DNA of 14,560 nt from Promethearchaeota archaeon. GTDB taxonomy: Archaea; Asgardarchaeota; Hermodarchaeia; Hermodarchaeales; Hermodarchaeaceae. Positions within the stretch are counted from its first letter, which is position 1; each line of letters begins with the position of its first letter. The position numbers and the translations under genes are program-made. The stretch covers positions 1 to 14,560 of the forward strand of contig JBHLPR010000056.1 in assembly GCA_048939245.1 (NCBI GenBank), read 5' to 3'. Below, piece by piece: positions 1-10,180 of the stretch. The notes below the pieces were generated by a model. It saw nothing but the letters and a program-made list of their open reading frames with translations. It was not told the DNA's origin and did no database searches.

Positions 1-164
1 TTGAAGGATCCTCGATCCATCTCTTCGGCCAGCTTCTCGAGCTTTGCCATCTCTTGTTTTGATAAAGCCCCAGTCTTATAGAGCATGTGTCCCATCAATG
101 TGGATTTGCCGTGATCGACGTGTCCGATTATGATGAGATTGATGTGGGGTTTCTTTCCGGACAT
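1..164 (-). CDS. tuf: Translation elongation factor EF-1alpha (aEF1A), N-terminal part; runs off the left edge
   Basis: Not in the ORF track. Manual translation from ATG at 164: [34 protein letters not shown]..., the EF-1alpha G1 motif GHVDHGKST. Lies directly downstream of rps7. Confidence 0.93.
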   Translation of the reverse strand, partial: [54 protein letters not shown]

Positions 165-236
165 TGTTTGTTCAACTCATTTGTGTTAACTTAAGCTGGC
201 ATAAAATATGCAGGTGAAGGCACTTCAAGTGGGGCG

Positions 237-252
237 TATAAAACTCTTTTGG
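237..252 (-). promoter_or_regulatory. Putative BRE/TATA promoter for EF-1alpha
   Basis: Minus strand reads AAAAAGAG-TTTTATA about 75 nt upstream of the EF-1alpha ATG, in the rps7-tuf intergenic region. Confidence 0.5.
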
Positions 253-335
253 CGTTATGGGTTCTCAGAAGATAACAGAAGAGTGGTAGATGGGTTGGGT
301 TATTCTCGCCTTTGTGGTTTTCGTTTTTAAAGGGT

Positions 336-971
336 TTAGCGGGCTGATAGGGCCATACGTTCTTTTTCTTCTCTTCGTCGGACAGCATTGCTTCGGGAGT
401 CGCGGTTGGCGGTGGCAATGAGTTCATCGGCGATGATTTCTTCGATGGCTTCGATAGTGCTGAAGCTTCTGCGCCAAATACTTTCTGAGATGAAGCGGAG
501 GGCAAGATCTATACGTCGAAGCGGTGCCACATCACAGGCTGTGTGGTAGCTAATACCGCCGTATGAGATGCGAGTAGTTTCTTCACGAGGGGCGGCGTTT
601 TCGATAGCTTGGATGAGAATCTGGACCGGGTTTTGGTTGGCACGTAGATGAATAATTTCAAAAGCTGATCGTACAATGCGAATAGCAGTTGATTTTTTAC
701 CGGTGATAAGACCGGATTGTCGAGCGCTTTGGCTTCGTCGACTAGCCCATCCTGGAGTCATGAGGCGATTGATAAACCGTTCCACAATAGGTACTTGGCG
801 TTTTCCAAACCGTCGGTGCTCATGGCGACCAAAAGTGTGGGGGATGATTACAGGTCTGAGGCTGATATATTTGGCTAGACCTTGATCGTTAATTTGAATG
901 TCTTTTGTACTCCAGCGACCGAAGACCTTGATTTCTGGGAGCTTTGTTTCAGGGGGAGATTCTGAGGACAT
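336..971 (-). CDS. rps7: 30S ribosomal protein S7 (uS7)
   Basis: Motifs KVFGRWS, PHTFGRHEHRRFGK, IVERFINRLM, ENAAPREETTRI, DVAPLRRIDLAL, ERMALSAR; position after rps12. Confidence 0.97.
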   Translation of the reverse strand: MSSESPPETKLPEIKVFGRWSTKDIQINDQGLAKYISLRPVIIPHTFGRHEHRRFGKRQVPIVERFINRLMTPGWASRRSQSARQSGLITGKKSTAIRIVRSAFEIIHLRANQNPVQILIQAIENAAPREETTRISYGGISYHTACDVAPLRRIDLALRFISESIWRRSFSTIEAIEEIIADELIATANRDSRSNAVRRREEKERMALSAR

Positions 972-991
972 GATTTATCTACACCTTTCGG

Positions 992-1441
992 TTAGCGTTG
1001 CGGTTTTTCGACTTTGCCGATTATCATCGCTTCTAAGGATGCACCATTACATTTCACGACTTTCCAACGAACCCCAGGGAGGTCGCCGAAGGCTCTTCCA
1101 CGGGAGCCACCAATTCCTTCTACGATAACTTCGTCGTGTTCATCAACATAGGTGAGTGCACCATCACCCGGAAGGAATGCGGTAATTTGTCTACCATTAC
1201 GAATTAGCTGTACACGAACACACTTACGGATTGCCGAGTTTGGTTGCTTTGATTCAATTCCGACTTTTTCTAATACGATAGCCCGTGCTTGTGGACTTCC
1301 TTCAAGTGGGTCAGCTTTCACGTCAAGACGAAGCATTCGCCGCTTGTAGTAACGGTCTTTCCAGCGGTGTTTTTTTCGTTTCTTCTTTAACGTTCGGCCT
1401 GCAAATTCTCCTGATGGTGATTTTGATCCGGGCAATCTCAT
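992..1441 (-). CDS. rps12: 30S ribosomal protein S12 (uS12)
   Basis: Motifs [36 protein letters not shown] and [12 protein letters not shown]. The true start may be the TTG at 1435 (MPGSKSP...). Confidence 0.97.
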   Translation of the reverse strand: MRLPGSKSPSGEFAGRTLKKKRKKHRWKDRYYKRRMLRLDVKADPLEGSPQARAIVLEKVGIESKQPNSAIRKCVRVQLIRNGRQITAFLPGDGALTYVDEHDEVIVEGIGGSRGRAFGDLPGVRWKVVKCNGASLEAMIIGKVEKPQR

Positions 1442-1520
1442 TTAACCTCTTTAATATTCAGGGTGCTGCGATTCTGTGAAGGAGCTTAAAACTTTTGTCA
1501 TCTATCGGTTGATGCAGTAG

Positions 1521-1985
1521 TTAGCCAGATGTATCAGGAGAAGCCTCGGCAATGATAATCGCATCAATTCCATGATGACGTTTTGCAAGTAGGCGAGCGC
1601 GTTCTATATTGCGTCCGTTCCTACCGATGACTCGGCCCCGATTTTCGCTCTTTACTGTAACTACGGCCACGCGACGTCCTTTGGATTGTTCTTGGACATT
1701 AACTGTGGTGACTTTAGCGGGGGCTAGAGCGTTTCGCACAAACGTTTCAGGTGTGTCTGCATCTTCAACTACATCGATATCACGTTTGAGCATAGTTCGT
1801 GCCCGTTTGATAGTCGTACCGCGACGACCTATGGCCAATCCTAGATGACCGGGGCTAACGACGAAAATAATCCGCTCGCCATCTTGATCGACGATGCAAT
1901 CTTTGACTTCCGCACCTGTGATATCGCCGAATAGAGCCATCAGTTTGATTTCTTCAATATTCAGTTTAATGTCTGAAGAAGTCAC
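1521..1985 (-). CDS. nusa: Archaeal NusA-like KH-domain transcription factor
   Basis: Motifs FGDITGAEVKDCIVD, GLAIGRRG, IGRNGRNIERARLLAKRH (two KH GxxG loops). Start reassigned from 2090 to GTG at 1985, which overlaps the rpl30e TGA (GTGA coupling). Confidence 0.92.
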   Translation of the reverse strand: MTSSDIKLNIEEIKLMALFGDITGAEVKDCIVDQDGERIIFVVSPGHLGLAIGRRGTTIKRARTMLKRDIDVVEDADTPETFVRNALAPAKVTTVNVQEQSKGRRVAVVTVKSENRGRVIGRNGRNIERARLLAKRHHGIDAIIIAEASPDTSG

Positions 1986-2290
1986 TTTTTGCCAGCCCCA
2001 GTTAGAACAGTAATGTCTGCGTCTCCAGGTTCTAAGACTGCCATGGCAGCCACCATATGTGGGCGTCCACATATTTGACCTAGATCCCAACTATTACTTC
2101 TGTATTGGTAAATCGGTATTTGATTTGCAGTTGCTAACATATCGATATCTTCAATCACTTCATTTGGTGCGTTCGCAGCTAGGATGACAACACGGGGAAC
2201 CCCAGTGCGAAGAAGATGGAGCGTGCGGTTGGCTCCAAAAACTGTTTTTCCTGATTTTACAGCTAATCGTATTGCAGTTTCAGCATCCAT
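1982..2290 (-). CDS. rpl30e: 50S ribosomal protein L30e (eL30)
   Basis: Motifs AVKSGKTVFGAN, VILAANAP, DLGQICGRPHMVAAMAVLEPGDADI; conserved position between rpoA2 and nusA. Confidence 0.95.
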   Translation of the reverse strand: MDAETAIRLAVKSGKTVFGANRTLHLLRTGVPRVVILAANAPNEVIEDIDMLATANQIPIYQYRSNSWDLGQICGRPHMVAAMAVLEPGDADITVLTGAGKK

Positions 2291-2410
2291 CAAGGATCAC
2301 TTTTTCCTATGTATTTTCATTCGTAATGCATCTGGTGATTAAGATTGCAAGTTACCGTGCCATATAAGGGCTACGGAACGAACGTGCAGTTCTGGCAGAA
2401 TTTAAACGCT

Positions 2411-2425
2411 CCCTTTTAAGTTCTC
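2411..2425 (-). promoter_or_regulatory. Putative BRE/TATA promoter for the rpl30e-nusA-rps12-rps7 unit
   Basis: Minus strand GAGAA-CTTAAAAGGG in the 208-nt rpoA2-rpl30e gap; same CTTAAAA core as upstream of rpoB and tRNA-Met. Confidence 0.45.
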
Positions 2426-2501
2426 TGCACACGCTGTGAGATAGTTTTGACCATTAATACTGTCTAATCTCAAAAGAAGATACCACCTTGAGCTCTGGCA
2501 A

Positions 2502-3713
<1,212 letters not shown>

Positions 3714-6362
3714 TCACTTCTCTTCACTTAAGACGCGTTCGATAATTACGTCAAGGTTCACAGCCTTCCCGTGGTCGCTTCGAGCTGGATCGACGCCGTC
3801 TTCGCCGTATTTGAATTGGATAATTTCGCCTGATGAATTTCTTACTGTTCCGTCGTATTCGACTTTGATATCTTGGAGCGCATTGATGAGTCGGCGTTGC
3901 ATGTATCCGCTGGTGCTTGTCCGGACTGCAGTGTCCACTAAGCCTTCTCGACCACCCATAGCATGGAAGAAGAATTCAATAGGATTCAGTCCTTTTCGAT
4001 AACTGGCAACTACAAATCCCCGGGCTTGTGGGGATAAATCGCCTTTAATGAAGTGGGGTAAAGTTCGTCTACGATAACCTCGCGAAATTCTTTGACCACG
4101 GACCGCTTGTTGCCCGACGCTAGCAGCCATTTGTGCCAAGTTAAGAGGATTACCTTTCGCCCCAGTTCCGGTCATGATAACCGCATGTTTGTCAAGTCCT
4201 AATTGCTGAGCGGCTACTTCTCCGGCTTCGTCACGTGCGCGGGCAAGGATTTCAATCATTTTCATTTCAAAGGTTTCTTCAATTGACCGCCCGGGAAGTC
4301 GCTGAAGTTCGTCCGCTTCATATATTTGAACGAGTTGATTCCCTTCTTCCTCTGCATCAGTGAGAATCTCCTCAATTTGACGAATGGCTGTTGGATTTAG
4401 AATTACATCATCAATTCCCATGCTGAACCCCATATTGGTAATAAGAACAACCAGTAGTGGGCATATTGCATCAAGAAACCGGCGGGCTGCGGAATTTCCA
4501 TAGTCTTTGGCGATTCGGTGTAAGACACTTTCGGGTTGGGCGGCACCTATTGCCTTTTTATCGATTACTCCAGCTAATAGCTGACCATCGCGAATTAACA
4601 CATAGGCGTCGTATGGGCAGTGTTCTTTTTCACAGACGTCGCATTTCCGGCAAATTCGGGCTTTCAGCGATAAATTTAGCCCCTTTGGAAGAAGCATACT
4701 GAAAATCTGTTTTCCTGTCCACATTGGTTCGGGTTCTAAGATAGTGGGTTTGGGAAGATCTTCACGATAACCAGCTGAAGCTAGAAGCTGACAGGTTTGA
4801 CGTTTGTTAAATATTGAATTCTTTCGAGTAAGAAGGAATGAAGAGGAGATATAATCCTGAATACCTCCAATGATCGGTCCGCCATACCTTGGACTGAGAA
4901 TCTGTTCCTGAACGAGCATGAGAATTCGTGCTTCAGCCCGAGCTTCTTCGCTTTGTGGAACATGAAGATTCATTTCATCTCCATCAAAGTCAGCATTATA
5001 GGGGGGGCAGACAACGAGATGTAGCCGGAATGTGCGATATTTCATGACCTTGACTTCATGAGCCATAATTGACATGCGATGCAGTGACGGTTGACGGTTG
5101 AAAAGAACAATGTCACCTGATCGAAGATGTCTTTCGATAACATATCCGGGAGCTAAACCATCTGCATTTGTCTTTCTATCTTTTACGTAGCGTAAATCGA
5201 TGCGTTTGCCATCAGGTCGTACAACATAGTTACATCCTGGATAGCCTTGCGGGCCTTTGAGGACCAGTTCACGCATATCCTCAATGTTCCATTCGGTTAC
5301 ACGTTCAGGAACTGTTAGGGTTTTAGCAATTTCTGAGGGAACTCCAACTTCGTTAATCGAGAGATTAGGATCAGGGGAAATAACTGTTCGAGCTGAGAAG
5401 TCAACCCGTTTTCCAGAGAGGTTGCTTCGGAACCGACCTTCTTTGCCTTTCAGACGTTGGGCTAATGTACGTAAGGCGCGACCAGACCGGTGACGAGCAG
5501 GGGGAATACCAGAGACTTCATTGTTGAAGTATGTGGTGATGTGATATTGGAGTAGTTCCCAAAGATCTTCAACAATAAGTTGTGGTGCGCCAGCTTCAAT
5601 GTTTTCTCGGAGTCGTTGATTAATCCGGATTACATCGACGAGTTTGTGTGTCAGGTCGTCTTCTGATTTTACTCCGGATTCTAATGTGATGGATGGACGC
5701 ACAGCGACTGGAGGAACAGGTTGAACTGTAAGAATCATCCATTCAGGTCGCGAGACACGTGTGTCAATACCCATAAGATAGTTATCATCAGGGGTGATGC
5801 GTTCCAATCGGTCTCGGATATCAGTAGGAGTTAGGCGAACGCTACCCTCCATTTTTTCTTCATAGAAGGTTGTAGGTTTTTCAAACTTGATTTTGTATTG
5901 TTCGGCTTCGCAATGCGGACAGGTTGTAGCCTTTCCTGCCTCTTTGAGGACCTCATCTGCAAGGTCTTGATCAAGATGCCCATATTTTTCAAAGTGTGCA
6001 TCTATTCGTTGTTTATATTTCTCCCAGGATTCATCCTTTAATTTCAATCGAGCACATCGCCGACAGAGGGCTTTGAGGAATTTCTTAATTTGCTTCGCGA
6101 AACTGACATGAACGACAGGGCGAGCTAATTCAATATGTCCAAAATGACCTGGACATTCACCGACGCGGTTTCCACAGGATTTACAACGTTGACCGGGTTC
6201 TATAGTTCCTAATTTAGGATCCATTAATCCTGAGGAAATAGGGAGTCCGTCCTCATCATAGGTGTCAGCGGTGATTACCTGGGTTACGCTCATTTTTCGG
6301 ATTATCTCAGGAGAAAGCAGTCCGAACCAAACACTTCCAACCTGTTTAAGTGGATGTGACAT
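3714..6362 (-). CDS. rpoA1: DNA-directed RNA polymerase subunit A' (Rpo1N)
   Basis: Zn-binding CKSC...CPGHFGHIEL, catalytic YNADFDGDEMN, TAVRTSTSGYMQRRL. ATG at 6362 is preceded by a GGGAGG SD. No intein evident from the length. Confidence 0.98.
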   Translation of the reverse strand: MSHPLKQVGSVWFGLLSPEIIRKMSVTQVITADTYDEDGLPISSGLMDPKLGTIEPGQRCKSCGNRVGECPGHFGHIELARPVVHVSFAKQIKKFLKALCRRCARLKLKDESWEKYKQRIDAHFEKYGHLDQDLADEVLKEAGKATTCPHCEAEQYKIKFEKPTTFYEEKMEGSVRLTPTDIRDRLERITPDDNYLMGIDTRVSRPEWMILTVQPVPPVAVRPSITLESGVKSEDDLTHKLVDVIRINQRLRENIEAGAPQLIVEDLWELLQYHITTYFNNEVSGIPPARHRSGRALRTLAQRLKGKEGRFRSNLSGKRVDFSARTVISPDPNLSINEVGVPSEIAKTLTVPERVTEWNIEDMRELVLKGPQGYPGCNYVVRPDGKRIDLRYVKDRKTNADGLAPGYVIERHLRSGDIVLFNRQPSLHRMSIMAHEVKVMKYRTFRLHLVVCPPYNADFDGDEMNLHVPQSEEARAEARILMLVQEQILSPRYGGPIIGGIQDYISSSFLLTRKNSIFNKRQTCQLLASAGYREDLPKPTILEPEPMWTGKQIFSMLLPKGLNLSLKARICRKCDVCEKEHCPYDAYVLIRDGQLLAGVIDKKAIGAAQPESVLHRIAKDYGNSAARRFLDAICPLLVVLITNMGFSMGIDDVILNPTAIRQIEEILTDAEEEGNQLVQIYEADELQRLPGRSIEETFEMKMIEILARARDEAGEVAAQQLGLDKHAVIMTGTGAKGNPLNLAQMAASVGQQAVRGQRISRGYRRRTLPHFIKGDLSPQARGFVVASYRKGLNPIEFFFHAMGGREGLVDTAVRTSTSGYMQRRLINALQDIKVEYDGTVRNSSGEIIQFKYGEDGVDPARSDHGKAVNLDVIIERVLSEEK

Positions 6363-6387
6363 TTTCAATTCCTCCCCATAATTATCA

Positions 6388-9300
6388 TCATGTTCTATCT
6401 GATAATTTCAGTCGAGGCCATATACCGAGAGAGATGAGTTCTTGCAAGACAAGTTTGAATGCATATGACATCTCAACTTTACTAATTGTAGTTGTTTTAG
6501 GTGCACAAACACGGCAGCGATACCGATCACGATTTCGATCATATTCAGCCAGCATTCCACATTCTTCGCAAACCATTGCGGTATACTTGTCTGACTCCTC
6601 TAGTAGTCGTTCGCGAAGAAGTAAGGCAGCTCCGTGACCGATTAAGCAGTCCCGTTCCATCTCACCAAAGCGTAAGCCGCCTTCCCGGGCACGTCCTTCA
6701 GTAGGTTGCCGGGTTAGAATTTGGACCGGACCGCGTGCTCGGGCATGCATTTTATCTGCAACGAGATGATGCAGTTTCTGATAATAGACAACACCAATGA
6801 ACAGGTCAACATCATATTTGTGACCCGTCACACCGTTATACATTGTTTCTCGTCCGCTATATTTGAAGCCTAACTTGTGAAGATCTTTGAACATCTCTTC
6901 AAGCTTTTTACCGGAGAAAGGTGTGGCATCGACGGGTTGTCCTTGTAGACAGCCGATTTTTCCTCCCATGGATTCAAGAATTTGTCCGAGGGTCATTCGA
7001 CTGGGGAAGGCGTGGGCGTTGACGACAAGATCAGGGACTATCCCTGTTTCAGTGAATGGCATATCTTCCTGTGGTGCAAGGAGACCAATGACGCCTTTTT
7101 GGCCGTGGCGGCTAGCGAACTTGTCCCCTAGCTCGGGAATGCGTTCATCTCGGACCTTGACCTTGACAAGGCGGTTTCCATCGATGGTTTCAGTGATGAG
7201 AACTTTATCAATTGTGCCTTGTTCACCGTGACGGAGACTTACAGAGGTTTCACGCCGTTTTGGTCCAGGTACTTCAAGTTCTGTATATTCTTCTAAAAAT
7301 CGAGGAGGACTGGTCCGTCCGATGAGAATTTCATCGCCACCAACTTGGAATTCGGGTTCAATGACGCCATCTTCGCTTAGTAAACGATAGGCTTCTGAAG
7401 CGCGATACCCGCGGACTTCTCGGCTAGGAATTTCGAATTTATCTTCTTGCCCACCGGGATATTTTCGTTCTTCTGCGTCATAGCTTCGGAAGAAGGATGA
7501 ACGGGCGATTCCGCGTTCAATGGATGCTTTATTGATAACAAGGGCATCTTCAATGTTGTATCCTTGGAATGAGTGGATGGCTACTATGAAGTTTTGTCCT
7601 GCTGGTCGTCGGTGATAGCCAATGACTTCCATGGGACGGGTGGTGACTACTGGGCTTTGAACATAATGTAGTATATGGCTGCGTGTATCGACGCGTAGAT
7701 TAAAATTGGCAGAGTAGAGTCCGAGAGCCTGCTTGGCCATTCCGGCTTCATAGGTATTACGTGGAGATTGGTTATGCTCAGCGAAGGGAACTAGACTGGC
7801 GCAGATTCCGAGAATGGTTTCGGGTACAATTTCAAGGTGAGTATGCTCAGGAGTGATGTCTTCAAGATTCATGGCGATGAGGGTGTTCTCTTCTTCCTCT
7901 GCATCGAGATATTCGATAATCCCAGCCTTAACCAAATCATCCCAAGAGATTTCACGATTTCGAACGCGTTCCACATGTTGTTTTTCAAGTAGCGGGACAC
8001 CGTCTTTTACGATGATAAGGGGTCGTCGAACCCGACCAGCATCGGAATTAATTTGAATTTCATTTGTATCGGGATAGAAGGCGATGTTTACCTGATCATT
8101 GAGTTCGTTTCTTTGCCGGCGATCACGAAGTCGGGTTACTAATAATTCAGGTTGTGGATGATTGCCCACAAAGCGTCCATTCAGGTAGACATAAGTGCCC
8201 TTTTTTGAAGCACCCGATTTTGTATCAATTGGTTGGACCTTTAATGAGAGAAGTGCTTCTTCCACTTCTGCTTCGTCTGAGCCAACGGAAATGTAGGACA
8301 TTAACGCGAGATTTTTGACAAGACCACAATTGGGGCCTTCTGGGGTTTCGTTGGGACAGATTTTTCCCCAATGTGTAGGATGAAGGTCTCGAGCTTCAAA
8401 GTGCGGTTGGCTTCGGCTTAGGGGAGATACTACTCGTCGAAGGTGGCTAATTGAGGACATATAGTTCACTCTATCAAGAAGCTGGCTGACCCCAGCTTTA
8501 CCACCGACCCAGTTCCCTGTTGCGAGGGCATGACGTAGCCTCTCTGTAATAACATCAGCGCGAACGGCGGTTTTGATATTAGGCTTACGTCCGCGTGTGG
8601 CAGTTCTTTCGAGTTGGTATTTGATGTCTCGGCAGAGATTAAGAAAAGCCACCCGGAAGAGGCTGGTAAGCAAATCGCCGGCAAGTTTCAACCGTTTATT
8701 GGCATAATGGTCTTTGTCATCTTCATGCCGTCGACCAACACTCAGTTCTATCAAACGTTGGGTCATTTGTCCGACATAATAAGCCTTATTGACTGCTGCG
8801 CCTGTATCAGTACCAACGTGAGGAAGAAGATAGCGGTTTAGAACCTGTTCTGCACGTCGGAGACGATAGTCCTTTGTTTGACCAACTGCTACTCGCTTTC
8901 CAATATAATCTAGTGCATTTTCACGAGTAGCTTTGGAGTCCTTCGGGGCCACTAACGATTCAGCGGCATGGAAGCTGGGAATTAACTCTTGAGCCAAATC
9001 AGGATCATCAGTAATAGCGGCCACAATTTCACGATCGGTAACCAGACCCAATGCCCGCATTAACACAACTAGGGGAATCTTTCCTGGTACTGAAGGGAAC
9101 GATACTCGAAAAGTATGATCTGCACGTCGTTCCATGGTCACAGGGGCACGAAAACCTCGAGCCGTCGAAAAGACTTTGGCCATATGAGTGCACGAACTAC
9201 TACTTGTGGCTTCTTCAATGAGAATCCGGTTTGGGGCAAGATCCTCTTGCGTCACCAACACGCGCTCCGAACCGTTAATGATGAAATATCCACCTGGATC

Positions 9301-9750
9301 ATTGGGATCTTCACCAGCATCGACGAGTTCTTCGGGTGTCATTGCTGAGAGCCGACAGAATGCGGATTTGAGCATAATAGGAAGCCTGCCCACGTACACG
9401 CTGGTCGTTTCCTCATCATATTCCATCCCGGTTTTTTCATCCCGATATACCGGGGTCATTTCCAAATAAATTGGAGAGGAGTAGGTTAGGTTCCGAATCC
9501 GTGCTTCCGCCGGAGCAATGTTACGTACGGAACCATCTGCTTCACGGACTGAGGGGTTCTGGATTTCAACGCGCCCTAGCCGTACATAATAATTGGGAAT
9601 ATCTGGCTCGATTTTGCCGACATCACTAACAATTTGTTGAATACGACGTTCAACGAAGTGATTGTACGAGTCCAGATGTTGTCGGACTAACCCCTTCGAT
9701 AGGAAGAAGGATTTCATAACTGCCCAACGGTCTTCAGATGAAAGTGCCAT
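6388..9750 (-). CDS. rpoB: DNA-directed RNA polymerase subunit B (Rpo2), unsplit
   Basis: 1120 aa; motifs GGYFIINGSERV, ETPEGPNCGLVKNL, GDKFASRHGQKG, GGLRFGEMERD, and a C-terminal Zn ribbon. Confidence 0.98.
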   Translation of the reverse strand: MALSSEDRWAVMKSFFLSKGLVRQHLDSYNHFVERRIQQIVSDVGKIEPDIPNYYVRLGRVEIQNPSVREADGSVRNIAPAEARIRNLTYSSPIYLEMTPVYRDEKTGMEYDEETTSVYVGRLPIMLKSAFCRLSAMTPEELVDAGEDPNDPGGYFIINGSERVLVTQEDLAPNRILIEEATSSSSCTHMAKVFSTARGFRAPVTMERRADHTFRVSFPSVPGKIPLVVLMRALGLVTDREIVAAITDDPDLAQELIPSFHAAESLVAPKDSKATRENALDYIGKRVAVGQTKDYRLRRAEQVLNRYLLPHVGTDTGAAVNKAYYVGQMTQRLIELSVGRRHEDDKDHYANKRLKLAGDLLTSLFRVAFLNLCRDIKYQLERTATRGRKPNIKTAVRADVITERLRHALATGNWVGGKAGVSQLLDRVNYMSSISHLRRVVSPLSRSQPHFEARDLHPTHWGKICPNETPEGPNCGLVKNLALMSYISVGSDEAEVEEALLSLKVQPIDTKSGASKKGTYVYLNGRFVGNHPQPELLVTRLRDRRQRNELNDQVNIAFYPDTNEIQINSDAGRVRRPLIIVKDGVPLLEKQHVERVRNREISWDDLVKAGIIEYLDAEEEENTLIAMNLEDITPEHTHLEIVPETILGICASLVPFAEHNQSPRNTYEAGMAKQALGLYSANFNLRVDTRSHILHYVQSPVVTTRPMEVIGYHRRPAGQNFIVAIHSFQGYNIEDALVINKASIERGIARSSFFRSYDAEERKYPGGQEDKFEIPSREVRGYRASEAYRLLSEDGVIEPEFQVGGDEILIGRTSPPRFLEEYTELEVPGPKRRETSVSLRHGEQGTIDKVLITETIDGNRLVKVKVRDERIPELGDKFASRHGQKGVIGLLAPQEDMPFTETGIVPDLVVNAHAFPSRMTLGQILESMGGKIGCLQGQPVDATPFSGKKLEEMFKDLHKLGFKYSGRETMYNGVTGHKYDVDLFIGVVYYQKLHHLVADKMHARARGPVQILTRQPTEGRAREGGLRFGEMERDCLIGHGAALLLRERLLEESDKYTAMVCEECGMLAEYDRNRDRYRCRVCAPKTTTISKVEMSYAFKLVLQELISLGIWPRLKLSDRT

Positions 9751-9975
9751 GTTCTACCCTCAGAGACGAATCTGCTCAATTGCGACGGGAATCCCACCCT
9801 CATCAGACGGTGTTATACTTCCAGCGAGCCCATATAGCCTTAGCCCGCATGAGAAACGTGGAATCCTGTGTCTATGAACGAGAACATCGTCTCTTCAGCA
9901 ATTTTGCCCAGGCAGAAACATGCGGCGCCAAACCAGCCGTCGCTCCAGCGAAGCAGACCGTCTGCGGAGTTACGC
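9751..9975 (-). ncRNA. Candidate structured 5' leader RNA of the rpoB operon
   Basis: GC-rich stretch with no credible ORF between a TATA-like box (~9995-10000) and the rpoB ATG. Nested helices: 9963-9951/9777-9764, 9943-9937/9788-9782, 9925-9919/9851-9845. Confidence 0.45.
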
Positions 9976-9992
9976 CGACAATGTACAAACGC

Positions 9993-10008
9993 CTTTTTAA
10001 GCTTTCGA
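9993..10008 (-). promoter_or_regulatory. Putative BRE/TATA promoter of the rpoB operon
   Basis: Minus strand CGAAAG-CTTAAAAAG fits the archaeal BRE + TATA arrangement. Confidence 0.55.
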
Positions 10009-10038
10009 TTAAACGCTTAGGGTTTCGATTAAACGCTT
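10003..10038. repeat. Tandem direct repeat, 2 x 16 bp (TTTCGATTAAACGCTT), 20-bp period
   Basis: Exact copies at 10003-10018 and 10023-10038. Confidence 0.9.
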
Positions 10039-10180
10039 CAATAACACAGTAAAAACCCATAATATTCGTCCCAACAATCACTAGAAAGTAAAAATGGTGC
10101 GCAACCATTGGCAAGGGGTTTATATTTGACAAACAGGACATGATTTCCTCACAACTTGAGTTTTAAGAGAGGTTTGAGCA

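Noticed and set aside
165-335. Absence of EF-2 between rps7 and EF-1alpha
   Set aside because: This is a common arrangement in TACK/Asgard-type archaea and is not novel.
2355-2366. AUAUGGCACG resemblance to a purine riboswitch loop
   Set aside because: The remaining core (UUUCUACC, CCGUAAA, three-way junction) is absent.
9787-9806. Hammerhead ribozyme suggested by CUGAUGA followed by a GGG/CCC stem (minus strand)
   Set aside because: The stem is followed by GUCG rather than the required GAAA, and no GAAA/UH core is correctly placed.
9760-9806. Box C/D sRNA (UGAUGA ... CUGA, 36 nt apart) at the 3' end of the rpoB leader
   Set aside because: No convincing D'/C' boxes, no identified target, and the CUGA overlaps the SD-like sequence. 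Better treated as part of the leader.
10003-10038. CRISPR-like repeat
   Set aside because: Only two 16-bp copies separated by 4 nt, and no cas genes.
9738-10141. Short ORFs 9738-10052 (+) and 9872-10141 (-) upstream of rpoB
   Set aside because: No Rpo5 or other motifs; they run across the promoter and repeat and are probably spurious.
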